A stretch of DNA of 36,380 nucleotides from Solirubrobacterales bacterium (GTDB lineage Bacteria; Actinomycetota; UBA4738; HRBIN12): assembly GCA_050259555.1 (NCBI GenBank), contig JBLNAW010000080.1, positions 1 through 36,380 of the forward strand, in the 5' to 3' direction. The notes beneath the pieces were generated by a model that worked only from the letters and a program-made list of their open reading frames with translations, searched no databases and was not told the DNA's origin. Both the position numbers and the translations under genes were made by a program. Positions 1 to 9,892 of this stretch are shown here, in pieces (within the stretch, counting starts at the first letter, position 1; every line of letters starts with the position of its first letter).

Positions 1-308
1 AAGGGCTCGACCTCGAGCTGGATCGACCACGCGCCCTCGTTGCCCCACGCGTACGGCGCCATCCGTATCGCCCTAGGGCCGAACCGCGCGCCCGAGCGGG
101 CGGACGTGCCGTCGTCGAGCGGTGCTCCCACGATCGCGACGTCCGCGCCGGCCGTGCGGATCTCCTCGGGCGTGACCGCCCACGGGAGCTTGTGGAACGA
201 GCCCCGCCAGTCGGTGAAGTACGGGAGCTCGGCCGAGGGAACCTCGTGGAACTCGTCCTCGGCGATGAGCTCGCTCTGCTCCAAACGGAAGTCGGGCGGG
301 TCGCTCAC
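1..308 (-). CDS. Agmatinase/arginase-family ureohydrolase, N-terminal fragment (gene continues past the left edge)
   Basis: My own minus-strand translation from GTG at 308-306 gives VSDPPDFRLEQSEL...ADVAIVGAPLDDGTSARSGARFGPRAIRMAPYAWG. The GxPxDxGxSxRxGxRFGPxxIR block is the first conserved ureohydrolase motif. GAGGAG lies 6 nt upstream of the GTG. It is absent from the ORF track because no stop codon falls inside the window. Confidence 0.7.
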   Translation of the reverse strand, partial: MSDPPDFRLEQSELIAEDEFHEVPSAELPYFTDWRGSFHKLPWAVTPEEIRTAGADVAIVGAPLDDGTSARSGARFGPRAIRMAPYAWGNEGAWSIQLEVEP

Positions 309-336
309 TCGGCGCTCCTCGGGTCGGGCAGGTCGC

Positions 337-365
337 ACGCTATCCCCCCGAGCCCGAGGGCTCAA
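337..365 (-). promoter_or_regulatory. Candidate sigma-70-type promoter for the ureohydrolase gene
   Basis: Minus-strand sense reads TTGAGC (365-360), a 17-nt spacer, then TAGCGT (342-337), about 30 nt upstream of the GTG start. The -35 overlaps the inverted repeat GAGCCC-nn-GGGCTC (350-363), which could also end the upstream response-regulator transcript. Confidence 0.3.
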
Positions 366-421
366 CCCGTGGCTCGCCTCGCGGCGTGCTGCCGGTGAGG
401 ATCGGTGCGACGTCTCACGCC

Positions 422-1099
422 TCAGCGACCGATGTCCACATCGCCCGGCTCGACGAGCCCGCTCTCGTAGGCGAAGACCACCACCTGGGCACGGTCGCGC
501 AAGCCGAGCTTGCCGAGGATATTCGACACGTGCGACTTCACCGTGGCGGCTCCGATGAAGAGCTCCTTGGAGATCTCGCCGTTGCTCGACCCGCGCGCGA
601 TCGCGGCCACCACGTCGCGCTCTCGCTCGGTGAGACGTTCCAGGCGCCCGGCCGCGGCGGTATCGACGGCGAGCCGCTCGGCGAACCGGCCGATGAGGCG
701 CCTCGTGATCGAAGGAGCGAGCAAGGCCCCGCCGTCGGCCACGGTGCGCACGGCGGCGACGAGCTCATGGGGGGCGATGTCCTTGAGGACGAAGCCGCTG
801 GCACCGGCGCGCAGCGCACGGTAGACGTACTCATCGGGGTCGAACGTCGTCAGGATGAGCACCCGCACGTCCCAGTCGGCCTCCGCCAGGATCCTCGAGG
901 TGGCCTCCAAGCCGTCCAGGTCCGGCATCCGGATGTCCATGAGGATCACGTCCGGGCGATGCGCACGTGCCACCTCGATCGCCTCGAGACCGGTCCCGGC
1001 CTCGGCCACGACGTCGATGTCCGCCTCGTGACCGAGGACCATCGCGAACCCGCCCCGCACCAAGGCTTGATCGTCGACGACGACGACACGGATGCTCAT
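422..1099 (-). CDS. Two-component response regulator, NarL/FixJ (LuxR-type HTH) family
   Basis: The receiver domain shows VVVVDDQ...ILMDIRMPDLDG. The C-terminal LuxR HTH shows LTERERDVVAAIARGSSNGEISKELFIGAATVKSHVSNILGKLGL. The ATG overlaps the kinase stop (ATGA at 1096-1099). Confidence 0.9.
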   Translation of the reverse strand: MSIRVVVVDDQALVRGGFAMVLGHEADIDVVAEAGTGLEAIEVARAHRPDVILMDIRMPDLDGLEATSRILAEADWDVRVLILTTFDPDEYVYRALRAGASGFVLKDIAPHELVAAVRTVADGGALLAPSITRRLIGRFAERLAVDTAAAGRLERLTERERDVVAAIARGSSNGEISKELFIGAATVKSHVSNILGKLGLRDRAQVVVFAYESGLVEPGDVDIGR

Positions 1100-2286
1100 G
1101 CCGGCTCGCCCTCGATGGGCAGATGGGCGACGAGCCGGAACCCCCCGCCCGGACGCGGCCCGGCCTCGATGCTTCCGCCCAGCAGCAGAGCCCGCTCACG
1201 CATGCCGACGATCCCGTGGCCGGACCCGGGCAGGATGGTGGCGCCGTGCCCGTCGTCGAGCACCTCGATGGTGACGTGACGGTGGTCGGTGGTGAGCCGC
1301 ACCTCGGCCCTGGCAGCGGGTCCGGCGTGTTTCAGCACGTTGGTCAGCGCCTCCTCGACGATGCGGTACGTGGACAGATCCACGCGCGCCGGGAGATCGG
1401 TTCGAACGCCCTCCATCGTCAGCGAGACATCCAGACCCGCGTCTTCGAACTGGTCGACCAACCGAGGGACATCGGCGATCCCCGGCTGCGGACCGAGCCC
1501 ACCGCGTTCGGCCTCCGGTCGCAACACGTCGAGCAGGTGGCGCAGCTCATCCAGCGCCTCGCGTCCCGCCTGTTCCACCGCGCCCATCGCCTGCAAGGCA
1601 CCCGCCGGATCGTCACCGGCAACGGTCTTGGCGGCACCGGCCTGCACCGTCATCAGGCTGACCCGATGCGCGACGACGTCGTGCAACTCACGGGCGATGC
1701 GGGTTCGCTCCTCGGCGACCACCCGGCGGGCCTCGGCCTCGCGTTCGCGCTCCAGCTCGACGGCACGCTCGGCGCGGAGGCGCATCCGGCGGCCGATGTA
1801 CCACACCCCCGCCATGACGACGAGGCCGAACCCGAGGTCGGCGGCGCTCGTCGCCTCCTCGGTGAACCGCGCGCTCAGCACGAAGAGCAGCGCGGCACCC
1901 AGCGCGCCGTAGCTCCACCGCTCGTCGGTGACGTAGCGAGCGACGCTGTACAGCGCGATCAGGAAGGACAGGCCCACGAACTGGGAGTAGTCGAGGAAGC
2001 CGCAGAGCTCGGCGGCGACCAGGGTCACGGCGAGCACGGCCAAGGGCTGCGTGCGGCGCCAGAGGACTGCGCCGCACGCCACCGCGAAGAGGAAGAAGGC
2101 GAGGAGAGGTACGTCGCCGAGCGAGCGGATGGCGAGGTCGTCCGGCTTGGCGCCCTCGACCACGAAGACCGAGAGCAGGAACACGACGAGGGCGAGGGCG
2201 GTGTCCACCACGCGCGGCCAGCGCGCGAAGGGGCCTCGATACCGCCGTGGGGCGCTTCCGAGAGGTGCCTGGGTCTGCAGAGCCAT
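1096..2286 (-). CDS. Sensor histidine kinase, HisKA_3 (NarX/DesK-like) family
   Basis: The N-terminus has multiple hydrophobic helices. The H-box is ELHDVVAHRVSLMTVQAGAA and the C-terminal HATPase region shows EALTNVLKH...GHGIVGMRERA. I chose the ATG at 2286 (GAGGTG 6 nt upstream) over the track's GTG at 2316. Confidence 0.85.
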   Translation of the reverse strand: MALQTQAPLGSAPRRYRGPFARWPRVVDTALALVVFLLSVFVVEGAKPDDLAIRSLGDVPLLAFFLFAVACGAVLWRRTQPLAVLAVTLVAAELCGFLDYSQFVGLSFLIALYSVARYVTDERWSYGALGAALLFVLSARFTEEATSAADLGFGLVVMAGVWYIGRRMRLRAERAVELEREREAEARRVVAEERTRIARELHDVVAHRVSLMTVQAGAAKTVAGDDPAGALQAMGAVEQAGREALDELRHLLDVLRPEAERGGLGPQPGIADVPRLVDQFEDAGLDVSLTMEGVRTDLPARVDLSTYRIVEEALTNVLKHAGPAARAEVRLTTDHRHVTIEVLDDGHGATILPGSGHGIVGMRERALLLGGSIEAGPRPGGGFRLVAHLPIEGEPA

Positions 2287-2575
2287 GCGGTTCACCTCGT
2301 TTCGATGATGACACACCCCGATACCCGGTCGACGGTTCGCGGGGTCCTGCGATCACGGTAGGCCGGCCCGTGGAGGCCGTCGCCCTCCCGGAGGCGGTTC
2401 CGGTCTCCGTCTCTGGGGGGAGCCCTCCCGCACCCATCGCCTCGCTCAACCCGTCTCGCGGCGGAGCCTCGAACGTCCTGTGGGGCGACGACGACGAGCA
2501 CCTCGACTCCTACCTTCGGGATGTGCCCGCGCATCGAGCGATCGGGCTCGGACCACGGAGCGAAGGAGGATGGTC

Positions 2576-4810
2576 ATGAAGGTGTCAACGGAGTCGCTGG
2601 CCCGCTCGGCGGGCCGGCACCCGTGGCGGATCCTGGTCGTCTGGGTCGTCGCGCTGCTCGGCGCCGGCGTCCTCTCATCGCAGTTGCTCGGCGATGCCCT
2701 GACCACCGACACGGACTTCACGAACAACCCTGAGGCCAAGCGGGCCGCAACCCTGTTGGAGGAGCGCCTGCGTGGCCCCGGCGCGAGCACGGAGTTCGTC
2801 GTCGTGACGGCCGCAGCGTCGGTCCACGAGCCCGAGTACCGGACCTACGTCACCGAGCTGCAGACGACGATCGAGGCGCTCGGCCCGGACGTCGTGCGGC
2901 ACGTGGGGAGCTACCTGACCAATGAGGGCCCGGTCTCCGAGACGGGCCGATCGACGCTGCTGCCCGTGACGCTGACCGGGGCCGACCATACGGCCGTCGG
3001 TGAGCACGCGACCCTGCTGGCCGACGCCGTGAAGAACGTCGAAGCGCCGGGAGGCTTCGAGGCGCTCGTGGCGGGACCGGCCACGCTGGAGAACGACTTC
3101 ATCCGGCTCGCCGAGGAGGGGCTCCAGCAGGGTGAGACGATCGGCCTGCCGGTCGCCCTCGTGGTGCTGGTGCTCGTGTTCGGGGCCGTCGTCGCGAGCC
3201 TGATCCCGATCGTCCTCGGCGTCATGGCGATCGCCATCGCGCTCGGTGCCGCCGCCGTGTTCGGACAGATCTTCGATCTCCCGTTCTTCATCGCCAACAT
3301 CATCACGATGATCGGCCTGGCGGTCGGCATCGACTACTCGCTGTTCATCATCTCCCGCTATCGCGAGGAGCGCACCAAGGGTCTCGACAAGCTCGACGCG
3401 ATCTCACGTGCCGGCGCCACGGCGAGCCGAGCGGTGCTCTTCTCGGGTCTCACGGTCATGGTGGCCCTCGCGGGCATGGTGCTCCTGCCGAACACGATCT
3501 ACCGCAGCATCGGCCTCGGAGCGATCCTCGTGGTGGTCATCGCCGCCGCCGCCTCGCTCACCCTCCTGCCCGCCGTGTTGGCGATCATGGGCGACAGGAT
3601 CGACTCCCTGCGGCTCCGTGGCAGGAAGCGCGTCTCCGGACTCAGGGGGCATCGCTTCTGGGACCGGATCAGCGGTCGCGTCATGCGCCGACCCGTGGTC
3701 AGCATGCTGCTGGCGGTCGGCATCTTGGTGATGGCCGCGGTTCCGTACCTCGGCATCAACGAGGGGTTCTCGGGCGTGAGCACCCTGCCCGATGAGGTGG
3801 ACTCGAAGCAGGCGTTCATGATCATGAAGCGCGAGTTCTCCGGAGGACTCGGCTCCCCCGTGCAGATCGTCATCGACGGCGACATCACCGCGCAGGTGAT
3901 CACCGCCATCGAGCACCTGCAGGAGGCACTGGCTGCCGATCCATCGTTCGGGCCGCCGGATGTCGAGGTCAACGATGCCCGCGACCTGGCGCTGGTGTCT
4001 GCGCCACTGTCCGGGGACATCGCCGGAGATCACGCCATGGCCACGGTGCGTGAGCTGCGTGCCCGGCTCGTTCCCCGCCTGTTCGAGGACGTGCCCGTCG
4101 ACGTGCTCGTCGGAGGCGACACCGCCTACAACGTCGACTACCTCGACCAGACGACCCGGTACATGCCCATCGTCTTCCTCGTGGTGCTGGGTGTGTCCTT
4201 CCTGCTCTTGACCGTGGCGTTCCGCTCGCTGGTGATCCCCGCGAAGGCGATCGCGATGAACCTGCTCTCGGTGGGAGCAGCGTTCGGGTTGGTCGTCCTG
4301 TTCTTCCAGCGCGGCGTGGGGCCCGAGTTCGTCAAGGACATCGCGGGCTGGCTCGGCTTCGGCCAGGTCGAGGCCATCGAGGCCGGATTGCCGCTGTTCA
4401 TCTTCGCCGTCCTGTTCGGGCTCTCGATGGACTACCACGTCTTCCTGCTCTCCAGGATCCGTGAACGGTTCGATCACGGCGGCGACAACGCCGAGTCGGT
4501 CGCCTACGGGCTGCGCACCACCGGTGCCCTGATCACCGGGGCGGCGGCCATCATGGTGGCGGTCTTCGGTGGCTTCGCCGCCGGCCCACTGGTCGGGTTG
4601 CAGCAGATGGGGTTCGGGTTGGCCGTCGCCGTCGCGCTCGACGCCACCATCGTCCGATCCGTGCTGGTGCCCGCCACGATGAAGCTCCTCGGCGACCGCA
4701 ACTGGTACCTGCCGTCCTGGCTCACATGGCTGCCGGAACTCAACGTGGAAGGCCCGACCACGCGGACGGTCGTCGCCGAGCCAGAGCGAGAGCTCCTGCG
4801 AGCCAGCTGA
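2576..4810 (+). CDS. MMPL-family (RND superfamily) membrane transporter
   Basis: About 745 aa with two blocks of TM helices separated by soluble loops. It carries MMPL-typical GIDYSLFIISRYREE and GLSMDYHVFLLSRIRE motifs. GGAGG at 2565-2569 lies 6 nt before the ATG at 2576, so the track start at 2480 looks like an over-extension. Confidence 0.85.
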   Translation: MKVSTESLARSAGRHPWRILVVWVVALLGAGVLSSQLLGDALTTDTDFTNNPEAKRAATLLEERLRGPGASTEFVVVTAAASVHEPEYRTYVTELQTTIEALGPDVVRHVGSYLTNEGPVSETGRSTLLPVTLTGADHTAVGEHATLLADAVKNVEAPGGFEALVAGPATLENDFIRLAEEGLQQGETIGLPVALVVLVLVFGAVVASLIPIVLGVMAIAIALGAAAVFGQIFDLPFFIANIITMIGLAVGIDYSLFIISRYREERTKGLDKLDAISRAGATASRAVLFSGLTVMVALAGMVLLPNTIYRSIGLGAILVVVIAAAASLTLLPAVLAIMGDRIDSLRLRGRKRVSGLRGHRFWDRISGRVMRRPVVSMLLAVGILVMAAVPYLGINEGFSGVSTLPDEVDSKQAFMIMKREFSGGLGSPVQIVIDGDITAQVITAIEHLQEALAADPSFGPPDVEVNDARDLALVSAPLSGDIAGDHAMATVRELRARLVPRLFEDVPVDVLVGGDTAYNVDYLDQTTRYMPIVFLVVLGVSFLLLTVAFRSLVIPAKAIAMNLLSVGAAFGLVVLFFQRGVGPEFVKDIAGWLGFGQVEAIEAGLPLFIFAVLFGLSMDYHVFLLSRIRERFDHGGDNAESVAYGLRTTGALITGAAAIMVAVFGGFAAGPLVGLQQMGFGLAVAVALDATIVRSVLVPATMKLLGDRNWYLPSWLTWLPELNVEGPTTRTVVAEPERELLRAS

Positions 4811-4886
4811 TCCGTTCCGACGGCAGCAGTGGAGCCGACCGGAGGAGCACGTCGCTCCCCTCGGCGGCCACTCCCTCGAGCAGCGA

Positions 4887-4919
4887 GCTGAGGGCCTCCC
4901 GATCAGGGAGGCCCTCAGC
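4887..4919. terminator. Perfect 14-bp GC-rich hairpin between convergent genes (MMPL and hypE); probable bidirectional intrinsic terminator
   Basis: GCTGAGGGCCTCCC (4887-4900), loop GATCA, then GGGAGGCCCTCAGC (4906-4919). There is no U-tract, which is common in high-GC actinobacteria. Confidence 0.55.
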
Positions 4920-4970
4920 ACATCCGATCGCGGGGCGAACGCTCGGGGGCTGTCGGACGAGACCCGGAGG

Positions 4971-6041
4971 TCAGCAGATCCTGGGGAGCTGATCGCCCGC
5001 GAGCATGATGAGCGGCCTCGTCGCGCCGAGCCCCGTGCGGAGCCCGACCTTCGGCGGGCCCTCGCGCGCCTCGCCCACGAGCGCGGCATGCTCGCCCGCA
5101 GGGGTTGAGCGCGCGGCGGCGAGCACCGCCTCGGCGTCCTCGGGCGCGACGATCGCGACGCAGACCCCCTCGTTCGCGACGTAGAGCGGATCGAGGCCGA
5201 GCATCTCGCACGCGGCCTTCACGGGCGGGAGCACGGGGATCACAGCCTCGTCGGCCGTCATCGAGACGGAGGAGGCCTCGGCGAGCTCGTTCAGCACGCT
5301 CGCGACGCCGCCCCGCGTCGCGTCGCGCAGGACGCGAACGTCGCCGGCGGCGAGCATCGCGGCCACGAGCTCGGTGAGGGGTTGCGTGTCGCTCGAGAGC
5401 TCGCCCCGGAACTCGATCCCCGCGCGACGCGACATCACCGCCACGCCGTGCGAGGCGACCGGACCGCTCACGAGGATGCGATCGCCTGGGCGGGCGCGCT
5501 CGGGGCCGATCTCGACGCCGTCGGGGACGAGGCCCAGCCCTGACGTGATCACGAACAGGCCGTCGGCGCTCCCGTGCTCGACGACCTTGGTGTCACCGGT
5601 CACGAGCGCGACCCCAGCCCGCTCGCACGCTCGCGCCATCGCGGTGACGACGAGGCCGAGATCCTCGAGCGGCAGCCCCTCCTCCAGGATCAGCGCGGCC
5701 GAGAGGAACAACGGTCGAGCGCCCATCATCGCCAGGTCGTTCACCGTGCCGTTGACGGCGAGCTCGCCGATGTTCGAGCCGGGGAAGAACGCCGGCGTGA
5801 CGACGAACGCGTCCGTCGTGAACGCGAGGCGCTGCCCGCCGGCCTCGACCACGGCCGCGTCGCCGAGGCGCGCGAGCTCCGAGCCGCCGTGCGCGTCGAG
5901 GATCGGCACGAAGACGTCGCGGATCAGCTGCTGCGTGAGCTTGCCGCCGCTCCCGTGCCCGAGCAGGACCGTCGCGCCCGGCGGCAGCGGGACCGGGCAA
6001 CGCAGGACGAACTCGGTCGCGAGTTCGTCCGCCTCGCTCAC
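4971..6041 (-). CDS. hypE: Hydrogenase maturation protein HypE (carbamoyl dehydratase)
   Basis: AIR-synthase-like fold signatures are present ([31 protein letters not shown]) along with the diagnostic C-terminal PRIC. The GTG at 6041 follows GGAGG by 7 nt and overlaps the hypD stop (GTGA 6038-6041). The rest of the 659-aa track ORF is an Arg-rich over-extension. Confidence 0.92.
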   Translation of the reverse strand: MSEADELATEFVLRCPVPLPPGATVLLGHGSGGKLTQQLIRDVFVPILDAHGGSELARLGDAAVVEAGGQRLAFTTDAFVVTPAFFPGSNIGELAVNGTVNDLAMMGARPLFLSAALILEEGLPLEDLGLVVTAMARACERAGVALVTGDTKVVEHGSADGLFVITSGLGLVPDGVEIGPERARPGDRILVSGPVASHGVAVMSRRAGIEFRGELSSDTQPLTELVAAMLAAGDVRVLRDATRGGVASVLNELAEASSVSMTADEAVIPVLPPVKAACEMLGLDPLYVANEGVCVAIVAPEDAEAVLAAARSTPAGEHAALVGEAREGPPKVGLRTGLGATRPLIMLAGDQLPRIC

Positions 6042-7141
6042 GCCGTTGCCTCCACGCGGCGACGGCCGGCCAGGAAGTAGGCGGCGCATGCGCCCTCGCT
6101 CGAGACCATCGGTGCCCCGAGCGGCGACTCGGGCGTGCAGAGCGTGCCGAACGCGGGGCAGTCGTGGGGCTTCGCGCGGCCGCGGAGGACGTCGCCGGCG
6201 ATGCAGATCTCGGATTCGCTCGCGGGCTCGCCCTCGCGCGGGAAGAGGAGCTCGGCGTCGTGGGCGCGGTAGGCCTCGCGGAGACGCAGGCCGCTGTTCG
6301 GGATCACGCCGATCCCGCGCCATGCCCGGTCGCAGGGCTCGAAGACCTCGGCGACGACGGCACGGGCCGGAGCGTTGCCGTCGCGGACGACGGCGCGCAC
6401 GTACTGGTTCTCGACCTCGGCGCGGCCCTCCTCGAGCTGCGCGACGGCCATCCGGATCCCCTCGAGCAGGTCGACGGGCTCGAACCCGGTGACGACGATC
6501 GGCACGCCGAAGTCGCGCGCGATCGGCTCGTAGTCGCGCCAGCCCTCGATCGCGCACACGTGACCGGGCGCGAGGAACCCCTGCACGCGATTCCCGGGCG
6601 AGACGAGGATCGCCATGATCGCCGGCGGCACGAGCACGTGCGCGACGAGCAGCGCGAAGTTGTCGATCCCGAGCGCCTTCGCCTGCTTCACCGCCATCGC
6701 GTTCGCCGGCGCGGTGGTCTCGAACCCGACGGCGAAGAACACCACGGTCTTGTCCGGGTTCCGGCGGGCGACCTCGAGCGCATCGAGCGGCGAATACACG
6801 ACGCGGGCGTCCCCGCCGGCGGCGCGCGCCATGAACAGGTCCTCGCTCGAGCCCGGCACGCGGAGCATGTCGCCGAACGAGCACAGGATCGCGTCGGGCC
6901 GCTTCGCGATCGCGATCGCCTCGTCGATCAGCGCGAGCGGCGTGACGCACACCGGGCAGCCCGGGCCGTGCACGAGCTCGACCTGCGGCGGCAGCAGCTG
7001 GTCGATGCCCTGGCGGATCAGCGTGTGGGTCTGCCCGCCGCAGACCTCCATCAGCGTCCAGGGCCGGGTGACGATCCGCGCGATGTCGTGGAGGAGCGCT
7101 CGCGCGATCCGGTCGTCCCGGTACTCGTCGACGAACCTCAT
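6038..7141 (-). CDS. hypD: Hydrogenase maturation protein HypD ([4Fe-4S] scaffold)
   Basis: Starts MRFVDEYRD. It contains [16 protein letters not shown] and PGHVC, plus the C-terminal CX14CX6CX16C cluster motif ([40 protein letters not shown]). The ATG overlaps the hypC stop (ATGA 7138-7141). Confidence 0.93.
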   Translation of the reverse strand: MRFVDEYRDDRIARALLHDIARIVTRPWTLMEVCGGQTHTLIRQGIDQLLPPQVELVHGPGCPVCVTPLALIDEAIAIAKRPDAILCSFGDMLRVPGSSEDLFMARAAGGDARVVYSPLDALEVARRNPDKTVVFFAVGFETTAPANAMAVKQAKALGIDNFALLVAHVLVPPAIMAILVSPGNRVQGFLAPGHVCAIEGWRDYEPIARDFGVPIVVTGFEPVDLLEGIRMAVAQLEEGRAEVENQYVRAVVRDGNAPARAVVAEVFEPCDRAWRGIGVIPNSGLRLREAYRAHDAELLFPREGEPASESEICIAGDVLRGRAKPHDCPAFGTLCTPESPLGAPMVSSEGACAAYFLAGRRRVEATA

Positions 7142-7446
7142 CCCTCCGCCCCCGCCGCCTTCGTGGGGCGGTAGTCCTCGGCGCGGACCCCCTCGGGGCC
7201 CTGTGGGAGGTCGATGTCCTCGAGGTTGCCCATCTCGGCGAGCAGCTCGTAGGAGCGCTTGGCCTCCTCCTCGTCCACGACGCTGATCGCGAACCCGACG
7301 TGGATCACGACCCACGAGCCGACGCCGATCTCGGGCGCGTACTCGAGGCACGCCGAACGCGTGATGCCGCCGAAGTCGACGGTGCCCATGCGGATGCCGT
7401 CCTCGTCGCGGACGTCGATGACCTTCCCGGGAACCCCGAGGCACAT
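7138..7446 (-). CDS. hypC: Hydrogenase assembly chaperone HypC/HupF
   Basis: The N-terminus MCLGVPGKV has the essential Cys2, and the core shows the family's ...VHVGFAI... pattern. At 102 aa it has a longer acidic/Pro-rich tail than typical HypC. Confidence 0.9.
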   Translation of the reverse strand: MCLGVPGKVIDVRDEDGIRMGTVDFGGITRSACLEYAPEIGVGSWVVIHVGFAISVVDEEEAKRSYELLAEMGNLEDIDLPQGPEGVRAEDYRPTKAAGAEG

Positions 7447-7455
7447 GTGGGTGAC

Positions 7456-9738
7456 CTACCCTTCGAGTCGTGCGTGCGCGACGAGCACCTGCCCGAGCGC
7501 GATCCCCCCATCGCCGACCGGCGCCTGGCGGGGAACGTACACCTCGAAGTCGCAGGTCTCCAAGCGCGAGGTGACGTCGGACAAGAGCAGGTCGTTCTGG
7601 AAGACACCGCCGCCCAGGCACACGCGATTCATCCCGGATCCACCCCGCATCGCACGGCAGACCTCGAGGATCGCGGCGGCGAGCGTCCGGTGGAACCGGC
7701 CGGCGACCTCGCCCGGCGCGCGGCCCTTCACGAGGTCCTTCACGACCGCGGCCACGATCGGGCGCGTGTCGAGCACGAGCCGCCCGTCCTCCATCGAGAC
7801 GTCGAAGGGATACTCACGGGTCGCGCTCGAGAGCGCCGCCTGCTCGAGCAGCATCGCGGCCTGGCCCTCGTAGCTCGCCTCGTGGCAGATGCCGGCGAGC
7901 GCCGAGACGGCGTCGAACAGCCGCCCTCCCGACGTCGTCAACGGGGACACGAGCCCGGCGCGCAGCTGCCCGAGGACCTTGTCGGAGTCCTCGGGCAGAT
8001 GCCCGTCCATCAGGCCGAACGCCTGGTCCAGGACTCCGGCGTCCTCGGCGTGCGCGAGCGCCATCCGCCACGGGTGCAGGACGGCGGCATCGCCGCCGGG
8101 CTGCCGAACCGGACGCAGGTGCCCGAGGCGCTCGGCGTGCCGCGCGTCGCACGAGAGGAACTCGCCGCCCCAGCTTGTGCCGTCCTCGCCGAGCCCGAAC
8201 CCGTCGAACGCGACGCCGATCACCTGGCCCTCGAGGCGGTGCTCGGCCATCGTCGCCACGACGTGCGCGTGGTGGTGTTGGACGGCGACGGGGTGCAGGC
8301 CCGTCTCCTCGGCGAACCGCGTCGAGAGGAAGTCCGGGTGCAGATCGTGTGCGACGACCTCGGGCTCGATGCCGAAGATCCACTTGTAGCGCTGGTAGGC
8401 GTCGGTGTACGCCTGCATCGCCTCCTCGGTGTCGAGGTCGCCGATGTGCTGCGACAGGAACGCGCGCGTCCCGGCGGCCAGGCAGAAGGCGCCGTGCAGC
8501 TCGGCTCCGGCGCCGAGCATCGGCTTCACGGCCGCCGGGAGCTCGATCGGCGCCGGCGCGTAGCTTCGTGCTCGGCGCAGCACGATGGGGGCGCTCCGCC
8601 AGCAGCGGGTGACCGGGTCGTCGTACCGAGACACGATCTCGCGGTCGTGCAGGACGAAGGCATCGGCGACGCCCTCGAGCCGCCGCAGCGCCTCCTCGTT
8701 CTCGGTGCAGATCGGTTCGTCCGAGAGGTTCCCGCTGGTCATCACGAGCGGCGCGCCGACCTCGCGCAGCAGCAGGTGGTGGAGCGGCGTCGAGGGGAGC
8801 ATCACGCCCTGCCGGCGGTGCCCGGGCGCGACCGACGGCGCGAGCGTCCCCCGGTCCTTCACGAGCGCGATCGGGGCCTGCGGAGACGAGAGCAGGCACT
8901 CCTCGGTCGCCGAGAGCTCGAAGCGCTCGACGGCTGCGGCGAGGTCCGGGACCATCACCGCGAACGGCTTGTCGGGCCGGTGCTTGCGCCGGCGCAGCTC
9001 GGCGACGACGCGCTCGTCCGTCGCGAGGCTCGCGAGCTGGAACCCTCCGAGACCCTTCAGGGCGACGACCTTGCCCTTGGAGAGCAACGCGGCGGCCCGC
9101 TCGATCGGGTCGCCGGACACCTTCTTTCCCTTGCCGTCGACGAGCAGCAGCTGCGGCCCGCAGACGGGACACGCGATGGGCTCGGCGTGGAACCGCCGGT
9201 CGGCGGGGTCGCGGTACTCGCGCTCGCAGTCGGCGCACATCGGGAACACCCGCATGCTCGTCCGCTCGCGGTCGTACGGCAGCGACTCGATGATCGTGAA
9301 GCGCGGTCCGCAGTCCGTGCAGTTGATGAAGGCGTAGCGATGGCGCCGATCGCCGGGGTCGAGCAGCTCGGCGAGGCAGGCGGGGCACGTCGCGACGTCC
9401 GGCGACACCAGCCGGTCCCCGGCGTCCTCGTCGAGGCTCTCGTCGACCTCGAAGCTCGCGAACCCGGCGAGGCGGGCGGGCGCCCATCGCACGTCCTCGA
9501 TGCGCGCGAGCGGGGGCGCCTCGGCCGAGATCGCGGCACAGAACGCGTCGAGGTCGGGCTCGAGGCCCTCGGCGAGGATCTCGACGACGCCACCGCGGTT
9601 GCGGACCCAACCGCTCACGCCGTACCGATCCGCGAGACGCCAGACGAAGGGCCGGAAACCGACCCCTTGGACGACCCCCCTGACCTCCACGGACCGTGCG
9701 GACATCGAGGGCCTCGACGGAGCTTTCGCCTTGGCCAT
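7456..9738 (-). CDS. hypF: Carbamoyltransferase HypF
   Basis: It has an acylphosphatase domain ([18 protein letters not shown]) and two zinc-finger pairs (CPACLAEL / CTDCGPRF / CADCEREY / CPVCGPQL). A YrdC-like region and a Kae1-like C-terminal domain (HHHAH) follow. An alternative start is the ATG at 9705 (MSARSVEV). Confidence 0.92.
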   Translation of the reverse strand: MAKAKAPSRPSMSARSVEVRGVVQGVGFRPFVWRLADRYGVSGWVRNRGGVVEILAEGLEPDLDAFCAAISAEAPPLARIEDVRWAPARLAGFASFEVDESLDEDAGDRLVSPDVATCPACLAELLDPGDRRHRYAFINCTDCGPRFTIIESLPYDRERTSMRVFPMCADCEREYRDPADRRFHAEPIACPVCGPQLLLVDGKGKKVSGDPIERAAALLSKGKVVALKGLGGFQLASLATDERVVAELRRRKHRPDKPFAVMVPDLAAAVERFELSATEECLLSSPQAPIALVKDRGTLAPSVAPGHRRQGVMLPSTPLHHLLLREVGAPLVMTSGNLSDEPICTENEEALRRLEGVADAFVLHDREIVSRYDDPVTRCWRSAPIVLRRARSYAPAPIELPAAVKPMLGAGAELHGAFCLAAGTRAFLSQHIGDLDTEEAMQAYTDAYQRYKWIFGIEPEVVAHDLHPDFLSTRFAEETGLHPVAVQHHHAHVVATMAEHRLEGQVIGVAFDGFGLGEDGTSWGGEFLSCDARHAERLGHLRPVRQPGGDAAVLHPWRMALAHAEDAGVLDQAFGLMDGHLPEDSDKVLGQLRAGLVSPLTTSGGRLFDAVSALAGICHEASYEGQAAMLLEQAALSSATREYPFDVSMEDGRLVLDTRPIVAAVVKDLVKGRAPGEVAGRFHRTLAAAILEVCRAMRGGSGMNRVCLGGGVFQNDLLLSDVTSRLETCDFEVYVPRQAPVGDGGIALGQVLVAHARLEG

Positions 9739-9892
9739 CTCCGCAGCAATCGTCGTCGGGCGACGCTCGCTCGGATTGGGTCGCTCGACCCTTGGTCACA
9801 AGGGCAACCGGCCCCGAGGATGCCATCGTCGGAGCGCGCGCGCCGCTCGGACGTTCAGCCGACAACGCGGACCGGATTGGTCCGTTGAACGA

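Noticed and set aside
6042-6950. N-terminal ~300-aa extension of the hypE ORF, and analogous extensions at 7142-7621, 13413-14408, 15517-16269, 16389-16628, 16535-17671, 21674-22423, 31001-31834 and 33777-34487
   Set aside because: The extensions overlap the upstream gene in another frame and are Arg-rich low complexity. The conserved protein families begin exactly at internal ATG/GTG codons that have SD sequences and/or 4-nt overlaps with the upstream stop.
9868-9884. Small hairpin CGGACC-GGATT-GGTCCG between the protease-like gene and hypF
   Set aside because: It has only 6 bp and no U-tract. It is too weak to call a terminator or operator, and the 154-nt gap may simply hold an internal promoter.
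7300-9888. 862-aa plus-strand ORF
   Set aside because: It is antisense to hypF and hypC, and its translation is low-complexity Arg/Asp/Gly/Pro-rich with no motifs. This is the typical stop-free shadow frame of very GC-rich DNA. hypF on the opposite strand has full domain signatures.
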